The position numbers and the translations under genes were made by a program. Positions 19,711 through 29,916 of a stretch of DNA of 64,000 nt are shown one piece after another. The notes under the pieces are model-generated. The model ran no database searches and was not told where the DNA came from. It saw nothing but the letters and a program-made list of their open reading frames with translations. The DNA comes from an archaeon (GTDB lineage Archaea; Nanobdellota; Nanobdellia; Woesearchaeales; GW2011-AR15), in contig JABHXU010000008.1 of NCBI GenBank assembly GCA_018657065.1, positions 6,308 through 70,307 of the forward strand. The letters run 5' to 3'. The stretch's first letter is position 1, and the number at the start of each line of letters is the position of its first letter.

Positions 19711-21798
19711 ATGGGAATTAAAGAAGATTTTGAAGATTACATCAAAGAAGTTCCTAAAGAAGATAAATTAGGATTAAATGATAATCAACTTAGAATCATA
19801 TATGCAAAATATTTAATGAGAGATCCAAAAGGTAATGTTATTGAAACACCTAAACAAATGTTTCAAAGAATTTCTAAAACTATTGCTATGCCTGAATCAA
19901 TGTATAAGACAGATGAAGAAGTAGCAATAATTGCTGATAAATTTTATAACATGATGTCAACTTTGGATTTTTTACCTGGTGGAAGAACAATAGCTAATGC
20001 TGGAACTCCAGTAAAAAATTTGGCAAATTGTTTTGTTATTCCAGTTGAAGATAGTATGGAAGGTATTTTTGAAGCAGTAAAAAAAGCTGCTTTAATTCAA
20101 AAAAGAGGAGGAGGAGTGGGATATTGTTTCTCAACTTTAAGACCTAGAAATTCTTGGGTTTCAGGATGCAGTGGAGTTGCATCAGGTCCAATTTCATTCA
20201 TGAGAGTATTTGATGTTATGTGTTCAACAATTATGCAAGGAAATAGAAGAGGAGCACAAATGGCAACATTCCATGTTTCTCACCCAGACATCTTAGATTT
20301 TGTAACAGCTAAAGACGATTTAACACAATTAACTAATTTCAATATTTCTGTTATGGTTGATGACAAATTTATGACTGCTGTTGAAAATGATGGACCTTAC
20401 GATTTAGTTGATCCTCATTCAAATAAAGTAGCTACTACTCTACGAGCTCGTGATTTATTTGACAAAATTGTATATCATGCTTGGAAAACTGGTGAACCAG
20501 GACTTCTATTTGTTGACACAGCTAATAGATATAATACAGTTAGACATTTAGGGGAATTTAAAGCAACAAATCCTTGTGCTGAAATTTGGTTACTTGATCA
20601 CGAAGTTTGTAATTTAGGTAGTATAAACCTAAATAAAATGACAAAAATTGTTGAAGGTAAAACACAAGTAGATTATGAAAAAATTAAAAATATTACACAT
20701 CTAGGAATTCGCTTTTTAGATAATGTTATTGATGCTGGTGAATACCCAACACCTGAAATTGCTATGATGGCTAAAAAAACCAGAAGAATTGGCCTCGGTG
20801 TCATGGGTTTTGCAGATTTATTATATCAATTAGGTCTTCCTTATTCTAGCGAAGAAGGTAGAAAAATTGCTAAGGAAGTAATGAAAATTATTAATGAAGA
20901 AGGTTGGAAAGCAAGTGAAGAAATTGCTAAAGAAAAAGGTGCTTTTCCTGCAATAAGAGGTAGTGATTTTGAAAAACAAGGTAGAATTGTCAGAAATTGT
21001 GCTATAACTGCTATTGCCCCAACTGGAACATTAAGTATGGTTGCAAATACATCTGGAGGATGTGAACCTAATTTTGCTTTAGCTTATATTAAAAATAGTC
21101 ATTCAATTAAAGAAACATTTACTTATGTTAATCAACATTTTGAAAATATAGCTAAACAAAGAGGCTTTTATTCTAAAGAATTAATGGAAACAATTGCAAA
21201 CCAAGGCACTTTAGATGGAATTGATGAAGTTCCGCAAGATGTTAAAAAAATCTTTGAAGTTTCTTTTAATATTTCTGCAGAAGAACATATTTTAATGCAA
21301 GCAGCATTTCAAGAACATGTTAGTAATGCTGTATCTAAAACTATTAATTTTTCAAATTCAGCTACAATTGACCAGGTTAAAGAAGGTTATATGCTAGCTT
21401 GGAAATCAGGTACAAAAGGCGCTACTGTTTATAGAGATGGTTCAAGAGGAAATCAAGTTTTAAATATTAAAGAAGTTAAAAAAGAAGCTAATAAAGAAAC
21501 TCCAAAAGTTGAAGAGATTAAAATTCAAGAAAAACCTTCTGAACCTATGGTCGAATCAATTTTAAAAAATAATGAACTTGAAACTGATGAATCCGTTGAA
21601 AATTCTACAGAGATGCCTTCAACAATTCAAGTTGCACAAATGACTGCAACTTCTGGTGATGCTTCAGTAGTTTTAGAACAGCCTCAAATTTTAAGTTCAA
21701 AACAAATGACTGATTGTCCAGAATGCAAAACAGATCTTGTTAAACAAGAAGGATGTGTTTTATGTCCTGATTGTGGCTGGAGTGCATGTAGTCATTAA
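19711..21798 (+). CDS. nrdJ: Class II (AdoCbl-dependent) ribonucleotide reductase, catalytically intact, no ATP-cone
   Basis: LANCFV, TNPCAE, VCNLGS, IAPTGT, VSKTIN, C-terminal CPEC...CPDC...C; ATG 19711 follows GGTGGG SD. Confidence 0.95.
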   Translation: MGIKEDFEDYIKEVPKEDKLGLNDNQLRIIYAKYLMRDPKGNVIETPKQMFQRISKTIAMPESMYKTDEEVAIIADKFYNMMSTLDFLPGGRTIANAGTPVKNLANCFVIPVEDSMEGIFEAVKKAALIQKRGGGVGYCFSTLRPRNSWVSGCSGVASGPISFMRVFDVMCSTIMQGNRRGAQMATFHVSHPDILDFVTAKDDLTQLTNFNISVMVDDKFMTAVENDGPYDLVDPHSNKVATTLRARDLFDKIVYHAWKTGEPGLLFVDTANRYNTVRHLGEFKATNPCAEIWLLDHEVCNLGSINLNKMTKIVEGKTQVDYEKIKNITHLGIRFLDNVIDAGEYPTPEIAMMAKKTRRIGLGVMGFADLLYQLGLPYSSEEGRKIAKEVMKIINEEGWKASEEIAKEKGAFPAIRGSDFEKQGRIVRNCAITAIAPTGTLSMVANTSGGCEPNFALAYIKNSHSIKETFTYVNQHFENIAKQRGFYSKELMETIANQGTLDGIDEVPQDVKKIFEVSFNISAEEHILMQAAFQEHVSNAVSKTINFSNSATIDQVKEGYMLAWKSGTKGATVYRDGSRGNQVLNIKEVKKEANKETPKVEEIKIQEKPSEPMVESILKNNELETDESVENSTEMPSTIQVAQMTATSGDASVVLEQPQILSSKQMTDCPECKTDLVKQEGCVLCPDCGWSACSH

Positions 21799-21874
21799 TT
21801 TTTTTCTTTAATTTATTCTTTAACGTACTAAAACTTTAAAAATACATAAACAATCTTTTTTTATGGGGTGTATT

Positions 21875-23893
21875 ATGGGAGTTTCTAAAGTTAGAAAGAG
21901 AGATGGAACTATAGTTAGATTTAAACCTTCAAAAGTTTCAACTGCTATTGAAAAATCTATGCTTGCTGTAGGTATGGATGATGATAATTTATCTAAAGAT
22001 CTAGCTGAAAAAGTCATTGATTACGTTAACGAAATCCATGATGATGATTATATAATTGATATTGAAGAAATTCAAGATATTGTTGAAAAAATTTTAATTG
22101 ATGACAACCAAGCTAAATTAGCAAAAGCTTATATTCTTTATAGACAAAAAAGAGCAGAAATTAGAAGATTAAAAGAACATATTCTAGGAAGAATTGAAGA
22201 TTCCAAATTAAATGTTAATGGACTTCTTATAGCCAAATCAAGATATTTATTAAAAGATGATCAAGGTAAAGTTATTGAAACTCCTAAAGAAATGTTTAGA
22301 AGAGTAGCTAAACATATTGCAAGTGCTGAAAGCTTATATAATACACATGAAGTTGATATTGAAGAACTAGAAGAAGAATTTAACGAAATGATTTATTCTT
22401 TAGAATTTATACCTTCAGGTAGAATTCTTGCTAATTCTGGAACAAAAAATAGTATGTTGTTTAGTAGTTTTGTTATTCCTATTGAAGATAGTATGAAAGG
22501 TATTTTTAGAGCTCTTTATTATAAAGCTTTGATCCAAAGATTAGATGGTGGAACAGGTTTTTCATTTTCAAGACTTCGACCAAAAGGAATGAAACTTTCA
22601 ACTACTTCAGGATATGCGTCAGGTCCAACTGCTTTTATAAAATTATTTGATCATGCTAGTAGTTTAAGGGTAGCCGCAGGAAACAGAAAACCTGCTAACA
22701 TGGGATCATTAAATGTTGAACATCCCGATATTATTGAATTTGTTACCATGAAAGACAGAAGAGAAATTAAAAATTTTAATATCTCAGTAGAAATGACTGA
22801 CAGATTCATGGAAGCTGTCAAAAATCACACTCAATATCCTTTAGTTGATCCTAATACTAATGAAGAAATAGATAAGGTTGACGCAAATAATATTTTTAAT
22901 TTAATTGTAACAATGGCCTGGAAAAATGGAGATCCTGGTGTTTTATTTATTGATAGAATAAATAGTGATAACCCTCTTCCATCAATTAGTAAAATAGAAA
23001 CAACTGATCCTTGTGGTGATCAAATGCTCTTACCATATCAGGGAGGAAATTTAGGTGCAATTAATTTAAGTAAATTTGCAAGAAATAAAAAGATTAAATG
23101 GAAACAACTAGAAAAAGTAACTAAACTAGCTGTAAGATTTTTAGATAATACTATTGATTTAAGCAAATTTCCAGTTAAACAAATTGATGATATTGTTAAA
23201 GGAAGTCGAGCTATTGGCCTAGGTATTATGGGCTTTGCTGACATGCTTTATAAATTAAGGATTCCCTATAATAGTGAAAAAGCTTTAGAAACTGCTGACA
23301 AAATTATGAAATTTATTTCACAATCAGCAATGGAAGCATCTAAAGAATTAGCTAATAAAAAAGGTGTTTTTCCTTTTATTGAAAAAAGTATTTACAAAAA
23401 TAAAATTAAGCTTAGAAATTCTTCATTAATTGCAATTGCTCCAACTGGATCAAGAAGTATTTTAGCTGAAACCTCACCAGGTATTGAACCAAATTTTGCA
23501 TTAGGTTATACTAGAAAAATTTTAGGTAGTACTGAAATAGTTCAAATAAATAAAATTCTTGAAAATTTGCTCAAAGAAAAAGATATTTATTCAGAAGAAG
23601 TTGTTAGAAAAATTGTTAAAAACAGATCTTTAGATGAAATTGAAATTGAAGAAAATCTCAAAGAAGTGTTTGTAACTGCACATGATATAAATCCTGAGTG
23701 GCATATAAAAATGCAATCTATTTTTCAAAAACATATTGATAATGGAATTTCTAAAACAATTAATTTTCCTAAAAATGCTACAATGGATGATATTAAAAAA
23801 GCATTTATCATGGCTTATGATTCTGGATGTAAAGGTATAACTGTTTATAGAGAAGGAAGCCTACAAGAAGAGGTGATTTCTTTTGGAAAATAA
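21875..23893 (+). CDS. NrdJ paralog with N-terminal ATP-cone and substituted active site
   Basis: VRKRDG...IEEIQDIVE...AKAYILYR ATP-cone; LFSSFV, TDPCGD, GGNLGA replace catalytic motifs; no Cys tail; ATG 21875 follows GGGGTG. Confidence 0.9.
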   Translation: MGVSKVRKRDGTIVRFKPSKVSTAIEKSMLAVGMDDDNLSKDLAEKVIDYVNEIHDDDYIIDIEEIQDIVEKILIDDNQAKLAKAYILYRQKRAEIRRLKEHILGRIEDSKLNVNGLLIAKSRYLLKDDQGKVIETPKEMFRRVAKHIASAESLYNTHEVDIEELEEEFNEMIYSLEFIPSGRILANSGTKNSMLFSSFVIPIEDSMKGIFRALYYKALIQRLDGGTGFSFSRLRPKGMKLSTTSGYASGPTAFIKLFDHASSLRVAAGNRKPANMGSLNVEHPDIIEFVTMKDRREIKNFNISVEMTDRFMEAVKNHTQYPLVDPNTNEEIDKVDANNIFNLIVTMAWKNGDPGVLFIDRINSDNPLPSISKIETTDPCGDQMLLPYQGGNLGAINLSKFARNKKIKWKQLEKVTKLAVRFLDNTIDLSKFPVKQIDDIVKGSRAIGLGIMGFADMLYKLRIPYNSEKALETADKIMKFISQSAMEASKELANKKGVFPFIEKSIYKNKIKLRNSSLIAIAPTGSRSILAETSPGIEPNFALGYTRKILGSTEIVQINKILENLLKEKDIYSEEVVRKIVKNRSLDEIEIEENLKEVFVTAHDINPEWHIKMQSIFQKHIDNGISKTINFPKNATMDDIKKAFIMAYDSGCKGITVYREGSLQEEVISFGK

Positions 23894-24545
23894 AAAAGTC
23901 AATGATATGCAAAGCTTATCAGGACATAAAAATTCAAAAGAAACTTCTCGTGAAAAACAGTATACTCTCAAAATTTATACAAAAAGGGGTGACGGTGGAG
24001 AAACTTCTTTATGTAATGGATCTAGAACTTTTAAAGATTCATTAAGAGTTGAAGCATATGGTAGTGTTGATGAAGTTAGTTCATATATTGGTCTAGCTAT
24101 TGTTAAAACTTCTCAAGCAGATCTTAAACATCATTTAATGGAAATTCAAAAAGATTTATTTTCTGTTGGAAGTAATTTAGCATTACCTGGAATTTTGGCA
24201 CAATCTCAAATAGGAAAAACATCTCCAATTGAACAAAAAATTCCTAAAATTACTGATGAAATGATTACTAAATTGGAAAATTTAATTGATAAATATGATA
24301 AAGAACTACCTCCACTACACAAATTTATTTTATCTGGTGGAATTGAAGTTTCAACTTTACTTCATGTAGCTAGAGCAATTTGTAGAAGAGCTGAAAGACG
24401 AGTTGTTTCTTTAAAAAGAAGTGAAGAAATTAATAAAAATGTTCTAATATATATGAACAGGTTATCTGATTATTTATTTACAGCAGCAAGACTTGCCACT
24501 CATAGATCTGGAAAAGAAGATCATAAGTGGAATCCTAAAGGGTGA
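23883..24545 (+). CDS. pduO: PduO-type ATP:cob(I)alamin adenosyltransferase
   Basis: [38 protein letters not shown]. Confidence 0.93.
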   Translation: MENKKVNDMQSLSGHKNSKETSREKQYTLKIYTKRGDGGETSLCNGSRTFKDSLRVEAYGSVDEVSSYIGLAIVKTSQADLKHHLMEIQKDLFSVGSNLALPGILAQSQIGKTSPIEQKIPKITDEMITKLENLIDKYDKELPPLHKFILSGGIEVSTLLHVARAICRRAERRVVSLKRSEEINKNVLIYMNRLSDYLFTAARLATHRSGKEDHKWNPKG

Positions 24546-25483
24546 AAAACATGGATGAATATCTTAAATTATTAAATCATATTATGCAAAATGGGTCTGA
24601 AAAAGACGATAGAACTGGAACAGGCACAAAAAGTGTTTTTGGTTATCAAATGAGATTTGATTTAAACAAAGGTTTTCCTCTTTTAACTACTAAAAAAATG
24701 TATATTAGAAGTATTATACATGAACTATTATGGTTTTTGACAGGTAACACAAATATTAGATATCTAGCGAAAAATAAAGTTCATATCTGGGATGAATGGC
24801 CATTTCAAGGATATTTAAATTCAAATGATTTAGAAAAAGATTTTCCAATGTATTCAGATAGCTGGAAAGAAAAAAAAAAGTGGTTTATTAACCAAATAAA
24901 GGAAAATGAAGATTTTGCTAAAAAATATGGTGATCTCGGTCCTGTTTATGGAAAACAATGGAGAGATTTTGATGGTGTTGATCAAATTTCTTGGGTTTTA
25001 AAAGAAATTAAAAAAACTAAAGAAAATAGTAATCATCCTAGTTCTAGAAGACTTCTTGTATCAGCTTGGAATGTTTCGGATATTCAAACCTTAATTAAAG
25101 GAAAAACTTCAGCACCACCTCTTTGCCACACTATGTTTCAGTTTTATGTAAGAAACAATAAACTATCTTGTCAATTATATCAGAGAAGTGCGGATGTATT
25201 TTTAGGAGTTCCGTTTAACATTGCTTCATATTCTCTATTAACAATGATGATTGCACAAATAACTGAATTAGAATTAGGTGACTTTGTTCATACCTTTGGT
25301 GATGCACATTTATACAACAATCATTTAGAACAAACAAATCTACAATTAAGTAGAGAACCTAAAGAACTTCCAAAGATGATTCTAAATCCAAATGTAACGA
25401 ATTTATTTGACTTTAAATTTGAAGATTTTGAATTAAAAGATTACAACCCACACCCTAGAATTAAAGCACCTATCGCCGTTTAA
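24542..25483 (+). CDS. thyA: Thymidylate synthase
   Basis: [39 protein letters not shown]. Confidence 0.96.
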   Translation: MKNMDEYLKLLNHIMQNGSEKDDRTGTGTKSVFGYQMRFDLNKGFPLLTTKKMYIRSIIHELLWFLTGNTNIRYLAKNKVHIWDEWPFQGYLNSNDLEKDFPMYSDSWKEKKKWFINQIKENEDFAKKYGDLGPVYGKQWRDFDGVDQISWVLKEIKKTKENSNHPSSRRLLVSAWNVSDIQTLIKGKTSAPPLCHTMFQFYVRNNKLSCQLYQRSADVFLGVPFNIASYSLLTMMIAQITELELGDFVHTFGDAHLYNNHLEQTNLQLSREPKELPKMILNPNVTNLFDFKFEDFELKDYNPHPRIKAPIAV

Positions 25484-25543
25484 TAGGAGCGCGGGGAACG
25501 GCGCATAATTTAAAAAATTAAAAAATAATTAAATGAGGAAAAA

Positions 25544-26026
25544 ATGACTTTATCAATGATTTGGGCAATGGGAAAAAATAGAGAATTAGGAAAAGGATTA
25601 AAGATTCCTTGGCACATACCTAGAGACTTTAAACATTTTAAAAAAATTACTTCAAGGCATAGCATTATTATGGGACTCAAAACTTATGAATCTCTAGATA
25701 AACCTTTACCAAATAGAAGAAATATTGTTTTAGATTTCAAAATTCATGACATTAAAGATGTTGAATTTGCTACTTCAATTCCTATGGCAATTGAAATGGT
25801 CAAAGATGAAGATGAAGCTTTTGTTATTGGAGGAGCTTCAATATATAAACAATTCTTTCCTTTTGTCAATAAATTATACATCACTCATATTGAACATGAA
25901 TTTGATGCAGATATTTTTTTTCCTGAGTTTGATTTAAATAAATGGGAACTTGTTAGTGAAACCAAAGGAATAAAAGATGAAAAAAATCCTTTTGATTATT
26001 TTTTTAGAGAATATGTCAGAAAATGA
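25544..26026 (+). CDS. folA: Dihydrofolate reductase
   Basis: IPWHIPRDF, IMGLKTYES, PLPNRRNIV, IGGASIY, DIFFP. Confidence 0.95.
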   Translation: MTLSMIWAMGKNRELGKGLKIPWHIPRDFKHFKKITSRHSIIMGLKTYESLDKPLPNRRNIVLDFKIHDIKDVEFATSIPMAIEMVKDEDEAFVIGGASIYKQFFPFVNKLYITHIEHEFDADIFFPEFDLNKWELVSETKGIKDEKNPFDYFFREYVRK

Positions 26027-26307
26027 ATTCAATTAAACTTGGTAAATATCAACATCCTAAATAAAAGCTCTGGCTTTTATTGGGATCCTAGAAATCCAAA
26101 GATTTCTATGATTTTAAAGGTAATTTTTACAATGTTTTAGGTGTTGCTAGACATAGTGAAACATTAGAAGAATATGTAGTATATCAAGGATTATATGATT
26201 CAAAAGAATTTGGGAAAAATCCAATTTTTGCTAGACCTATTAATATGTTTAATGATTTAAAAGAAATTAATGGAGAAAAAATTCATAGATTCAAATTTAT
26301 TAAATAA
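26023..26307 (+). pseudogene. DUF1653-family gene interrupted by a 57-nt insertion
   Basis: MNSIKLGKYQH|FKGNFYNVLGVARHSETLEEYVVYQGLY...RP..MF...RF; ATGA overlap with folA; insert carries TAA and TAG in frame. Confidence 0.85.
26056..26112. mobile_element. 57-nt double-hairpin insertion element
   Basis: AATAAAAGC-TCTG-GCTTTTATT and TAGAAATC-CAAA-GATTTCTA hairpins; precise removal restores the DUF1653 frame. Confidence 0.65.
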
Positions 26308-26308
26308 T

Positions 26309-26695
26309 TTATTTATGTTTTCTAATTACCTTAACTAAATTAATAATTAAAACAATAATCATAGCAAAAAATAAGGGAATAACAATTATGTTAAATTTCA
26401 TTGCTTCTTTTATATCTCCATGAAGAAATCTATTCATTCCCCTAGTAATTCCACAAAAAGGACAATTGCATTCAAAAAATAATCCTGAACTTGGACAACT
26501 GCCTTTAAAAACAATTGGCAATAAAAAATATTTAAAAACACATCTCACAGGTAAATAGCTTAAATCTGAAACTGGAAGAATTGCAAGAATAATAAGTATT
26601 AAGGAAATATTAAAAACAATTGCCTCAGGTGTATTAAAACTAAGACAATTAAGAAAAAAATAATAAAGTTTTTTTAAGCTTTGTCTGTCACCCAT
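26309..26695 (-). CDS. DUF2752-family membrane protein
   Basis: CVFK...CPFCGITRG...LHGD...A.KFN. Confidence 0.8.
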   Translation of the reverse strand: MGDRQSLKKLYYFFLNCLSFNTPEAIVFNISLILIILAILPVSDLSYLPVRCVFKYFLLPIVFKGSCPSSGLFFECNCPFCGITRGMNRFLHGDIKEAMKFNIIVIPLFFAMIIVLIINLVKVIRKHK

Positions 26696-26913
26696 TCTAT
26701 TCCTTCAAATTTATGTTTTTGGGCAATTAATATAATATCAACAATCCACCAAATACCACAACCTCCTCCTGTAAGAAGTTTTAATATTCCCATACCTACT
26801 TGACCCATAATGAATCTATCTACACCTAGTGTTCCAAATAGGACTGACATAATGATTGCTAATGTCCAATTTACTTTTTTAACTGGTGTTGCATTTGAAC
26901 TTTTTTGTGCCAT
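26674..26913 (-). CDS. TM2-domain protein
   Basis: GTLGVDRFIMG...GILKLLTGGGCGIWWIVD. Confidence 0.9.
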   Translation of the reverse strand: MAQKSSNATPVKKVNWTLAIIMSVLFGTLGVDRFIMGQVGMGILKLLTGGGCGIWWIVDIILIAQKHKFEGIEWVTDKA

Positions 26914-27035
26914 TTTTTTAACCTCGTCCTCTTGAAATATATTATAATATATTTTTACTTTGTTAAATTAAGTATTTAAGTCTTTCTACACAAATCTCAA
27001 TATCTTTTTAAAATAAACCAAATTACAATTGATCC

Positions 27036-27818
27036 ATGAAACTAATTGATGTTCATTGTCATCTTGATAATTTTTTTTATAAAAATGATATAGAAAAAAT
27101 TATAAAAAATTGTAAAAAAAATAATTGTATTGTTATTCCCGCAGGAATAACTCCTGATACTAATAGACAAGTTCTTGAATTAAAAGAAAAATATCCTGAA
27201 ATTATATTTCCAACATTAGGCATGTATCCACCTGATGCATTAAGTAAAGATAAGGAATCAAATTCTAATTTAGAAATTAATTATGATATTGATGAAGAAT
27301 TAAAATTTATTGAACAAAATGCTGATAAAATTGTAGGAATTGGGGAAGTTGGAATGGATGGTAAAGATGGAATTGATTTAGAAAAGCAAGAAATCATATT
27401 TAGAAAAACAATTCAGCTTGCAATTAAATTAGAAAAACCTCTTGTCATCCACTCAAGAAAAACTGAAAGTAAAGTTATTGAAATCTTAGAAGAATATAAT
27501 TATAGAAAAATAGTTATGCATTGTTTTGGTGGAAATCATAAACTAGTTGAAAAAATTAGACAAAACCAATGGATGTTCTCAATACCAACAAATGCTGTAA
27601 GAGACGGTCATTTTCAAAAAATAATCAAAGAAACACCAATTCATTTATTATTAACTGAAACAGATTCACCTTTTTTATCCCCATTTAAAGAGCAAAAAAA
27701 TGAACCAATTAATGTTATTGAAACTATTAAAATTATATCAAAAATTAAAAGATTACCTATAGAAGATGTCGCCAATATTATTTATAGAAATGCAACAAAA
27801 ACATTTACCTTCAACTAA
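27036..27818 (+). CDS. tatD: TatD-family deoxyribonuclease
   Basis: DVHCHL, IGEVGMD, IHSRK, MHCF, TETDSPF. Confidence 0.92.
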   Translation: MKLIDVHCHLDNFFYKNDIEKIIKNCKKNNCIVIPAGITPDTNRQVLELKEKYPEIIFPTLGMYPPDALSKDKESNSNLEINYDIDEELKFIEQNADKIVGIGEVGMDGKDGIDLEKQEIIFRKTIQLAIKLEKPLVIHSRKTESKVIEILEEYNYRKIVMHCFGGNHKLVEKIRQNQWMFSIPTNAVRDGHFQKIIKETPIHLLLTETDSPFLSPFKEQKNEPINVIETIKIISKIKRLPIEDVANIIYRNATKTFTFN

Positions 27819-28417
27819 TTCTTAAAAACTATAACTGTGTGAAATATTTTACTTTGCCTATTTAAAAAAGTAATATTAGTTTTTTTAATTAGTTTAGGTT
27901 TATGCTTAATATTTTTTAAAAATCTGTTAAGTTTAGTTAAGTCTGCTTTTCTAATTAACATAAAAACTGCGCCATCTTTAGTAATGTTATCTAAGGATTT
28001 ATTTAGAACTTCTTCCCAATTATTTCTTTCAAATAAATCTGGAAATCTAATATATACCAAATCAAATTTTTTTATTCCTAGTTTTTTCTTTGCATTCTCC
28101 CACATTAATTCTTTACTTGCGTCACCCTTAAAACCACCAAATCTATAATCATAGTTTATTGAATGCATTAAATAAATAGGTAAAATATTACAAGCACTAA
28201 CAATTGAACTTTTAATATTATAATTTTTCTTATGAAATAATTTTATTAAATCATGTTCTCCATACATACCACCAATACATATCACATAATTTTTAGATCT
28301 AGGTTTATATAATTTAAATAAAAATGTTTCAAGAACATATAAATCAATTTTTTTAATTGGTAAAAATAATGAAATTTTTTTTTTATATTTCATTAAAATC
28401 TCAAATAATTTAGGCAT
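27815..28417 (-). CDS. Hypothetical protein, possible degenerate Rossmann/methyltransferase fold
   Basis: VICIGG, GDA, FDLVYIRFPD weakly resemble MTase motifs. Confidence 0.5.
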   Translation of the reverse strand: MPKLFEILMKYKKKISLFLPIKKIDLYVLETFLFKLYKPRSKNYVICIGGMYGEHDLIKLFHKKNYNIKSSIVSACNILPIYLMHSINYDYRFGGFKGDASKELMWENAKKKLGIKKFDLVYIRFPDLFERNNWEEVLNKSLDNITKDGAVFMLIRKADLTKLNRFLKNIKHKPKLIKKTNITFLNRQSKIFHTVIVFKN

Positions 28418-28447
28418 AAATAATAAAAAATAGAAACTAGATATTAA

Positions 28448-29827
28448 TTACTTTCTCTTTTTTGAATCAATTTCAAAAAAACCTCTATGTGGCATAATAA
28501 AAATTTCATCTTCTTTTCCTTTGAATTTAATATTAATAAAACGTTCATCTCTTAGTTTAGGAATAAAATAAAATGAAATACATACTCTAATAACAACAGA
28601 TAATCCAAAAACTAAGTGATAACTATTAATAAAAAAATCTTTAGGAATAAATTGCATAATTAGACCTCCTAACATCGAACCTGCAAAAATAAATACACCT
28701 AAAAAAAAATGATAATATGCATTTAAAATAATTCTAGATTTTCTATCTGTAGCATCCATAATAAATGTTGCTGTGCTTAAATCATAAGCTGCCCATATTG
28801 CTCCAGTAATAAACTGAAAAAATAAAAAATAAATTGGTTCTTTAAAGAATATCCAAAGTAATGGAAAAAAAGGAATCAAAAGTCCTGATATTGAAAGCAT
28901 CCATCTACTTCCTCTTTTATCAATATGTTGTCCCCATGCTTTTAAAACAACCAAGCTTGATATAATTGATGCACTAGTGATTAGAGTAAAAGTCATCATA
29001 TTCCAACCTAAATATTCAAGCATATATGGTGCAAAAAAAGGTCTAGATACTCCGAGTGCAAATTGAATTAAACTTGAGAATAAAACAAATTTGCCAAAAT
29101 TAGTTTTTCTTAAATTCTTACCAAAATTGAGTAATGATTGCATTTTATTACCCATATCTAATGGCTTATCAGTATATCTTGCTCGAACAGTAGCTGCAAA
29201 TGTCCTAAGAATTGCTTGAATAAAAAATATAATCGCAAACCCCATAAAAATGTTTATGTTCTCAAATAAGCTTAAAATAAAACCAAATAATAAATTTCCA
29301 AAAAAAGCAGCACCACTTGAAATCATATTCATATTACCAAGTATCTTTCCTCTTTTGTAAATAGGCATAATGTCACCAATTAAACTATTATAAAAAGGCC
29401 TAAGAAGTGATAATGCAATTGACTGTAAAATTATTATATTTAGTAGAAGTACATAATTATTGTTCCATAAAAAGGGAATCAATAAAATTGGAATCCAAAG
29501 CATGGCATCTAAAAGTGAAGTAAAAACAATTATTTCTTTTCTTCTTCTAACTATTTTCATTAAATCAGCAACAAATAATTGAAAAAAGCTTCCTACTAAA
29601 AGTGGAACTGAACTAATTAAAGCAATAAATGCCGGTGGTGCATTAAGTGCTAAAGCAAAAGGAATTATAAAAGTTGAATTGAATCTATTTTTAATAGCTG
29701 TTGTAGCAGAATCAGTACCATAAAGTGAATCTGTATATAGAATTTTTTCAGTTTTATTTAGACCACTAATTTTATTCTCTATAAATGATTTTAATTCTGA
29801 TTTTTTTTTTGTTTTTCTCTTTGACAT
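28448..29827 (-). CDS. MFS transporter
   Basis: About 12 TM; GDIMP..KRGK..G and WGQHIDKRG loop motifs. Confidence 0.88.
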   Translation of the reverse strand: MSKRKTKKKSELKSFIENKISGLNKTEKILYTDSLYGTDSATTAIKNRFNSTFIIPFALALNAPPAFIALISSVPLLVGSFFQLFVADLMKIVRRRKEIIVFTSLLDAMLWIPILLIPFLWNNNYVLLLNIIILQSIALSLLRPFYNSLIGDIMPIYKRGKILGNMNMISSGAAFFGNLLFGFILSLFENINIFMGFAIIFFIQAILRTFAATVRARYTDKPLDMGNKMQSLLNFGKNLRKTNFGKFVLFSSLIQFALGVSRPFFAPYMLEYLGWNMMTFTLITSASIISSLVVLKAWGQHIDKRGSRWMLSISGLLIPFFPLLWIFFKEPIYFLFFQFITGAIWAAYDLSTATFIMDATDRKSRIILNAYYHFFLGVFIFAGSMLGGLIMQFIPKDFFINSYHLVFGLSVVIRVCISFYFIPKLRDERFINIKFKGKEDEIFIMPHRGFFEIDSKKRK

Positions 29828-29916
29828 TTGCTATATTAATATAGAATTTAGTATATTAGAATACATTTTAATTTAAAAACTTTATTCTTTAATAGTTTGT
29901 AGTTTTGTAAATAAAG

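Noticed and set aside
19711-23893. Inteins in the RNRs, or a simple NrdJa/NrdJb split gene
   Set aside because: Both proteins are colinear full barrel domains without intein-sized inserts; the second is not the small Cys-bearing NrdJb fragment.
21875-23893. Second RNR as a decaying pseudogene
   Set aside because: No frameshift or stop; structural motifs (IAPTG, SKTIN, KGITVYR), SD and TATA-like element are intact; the notable changes fall on catalytic positions.
25474-25505. Riboswitch between thyA and folA
   Set aside because: Only a short GC hairpin (CGCCGTT/AACGGCG) overlapping the thyA stop; too small to assign.
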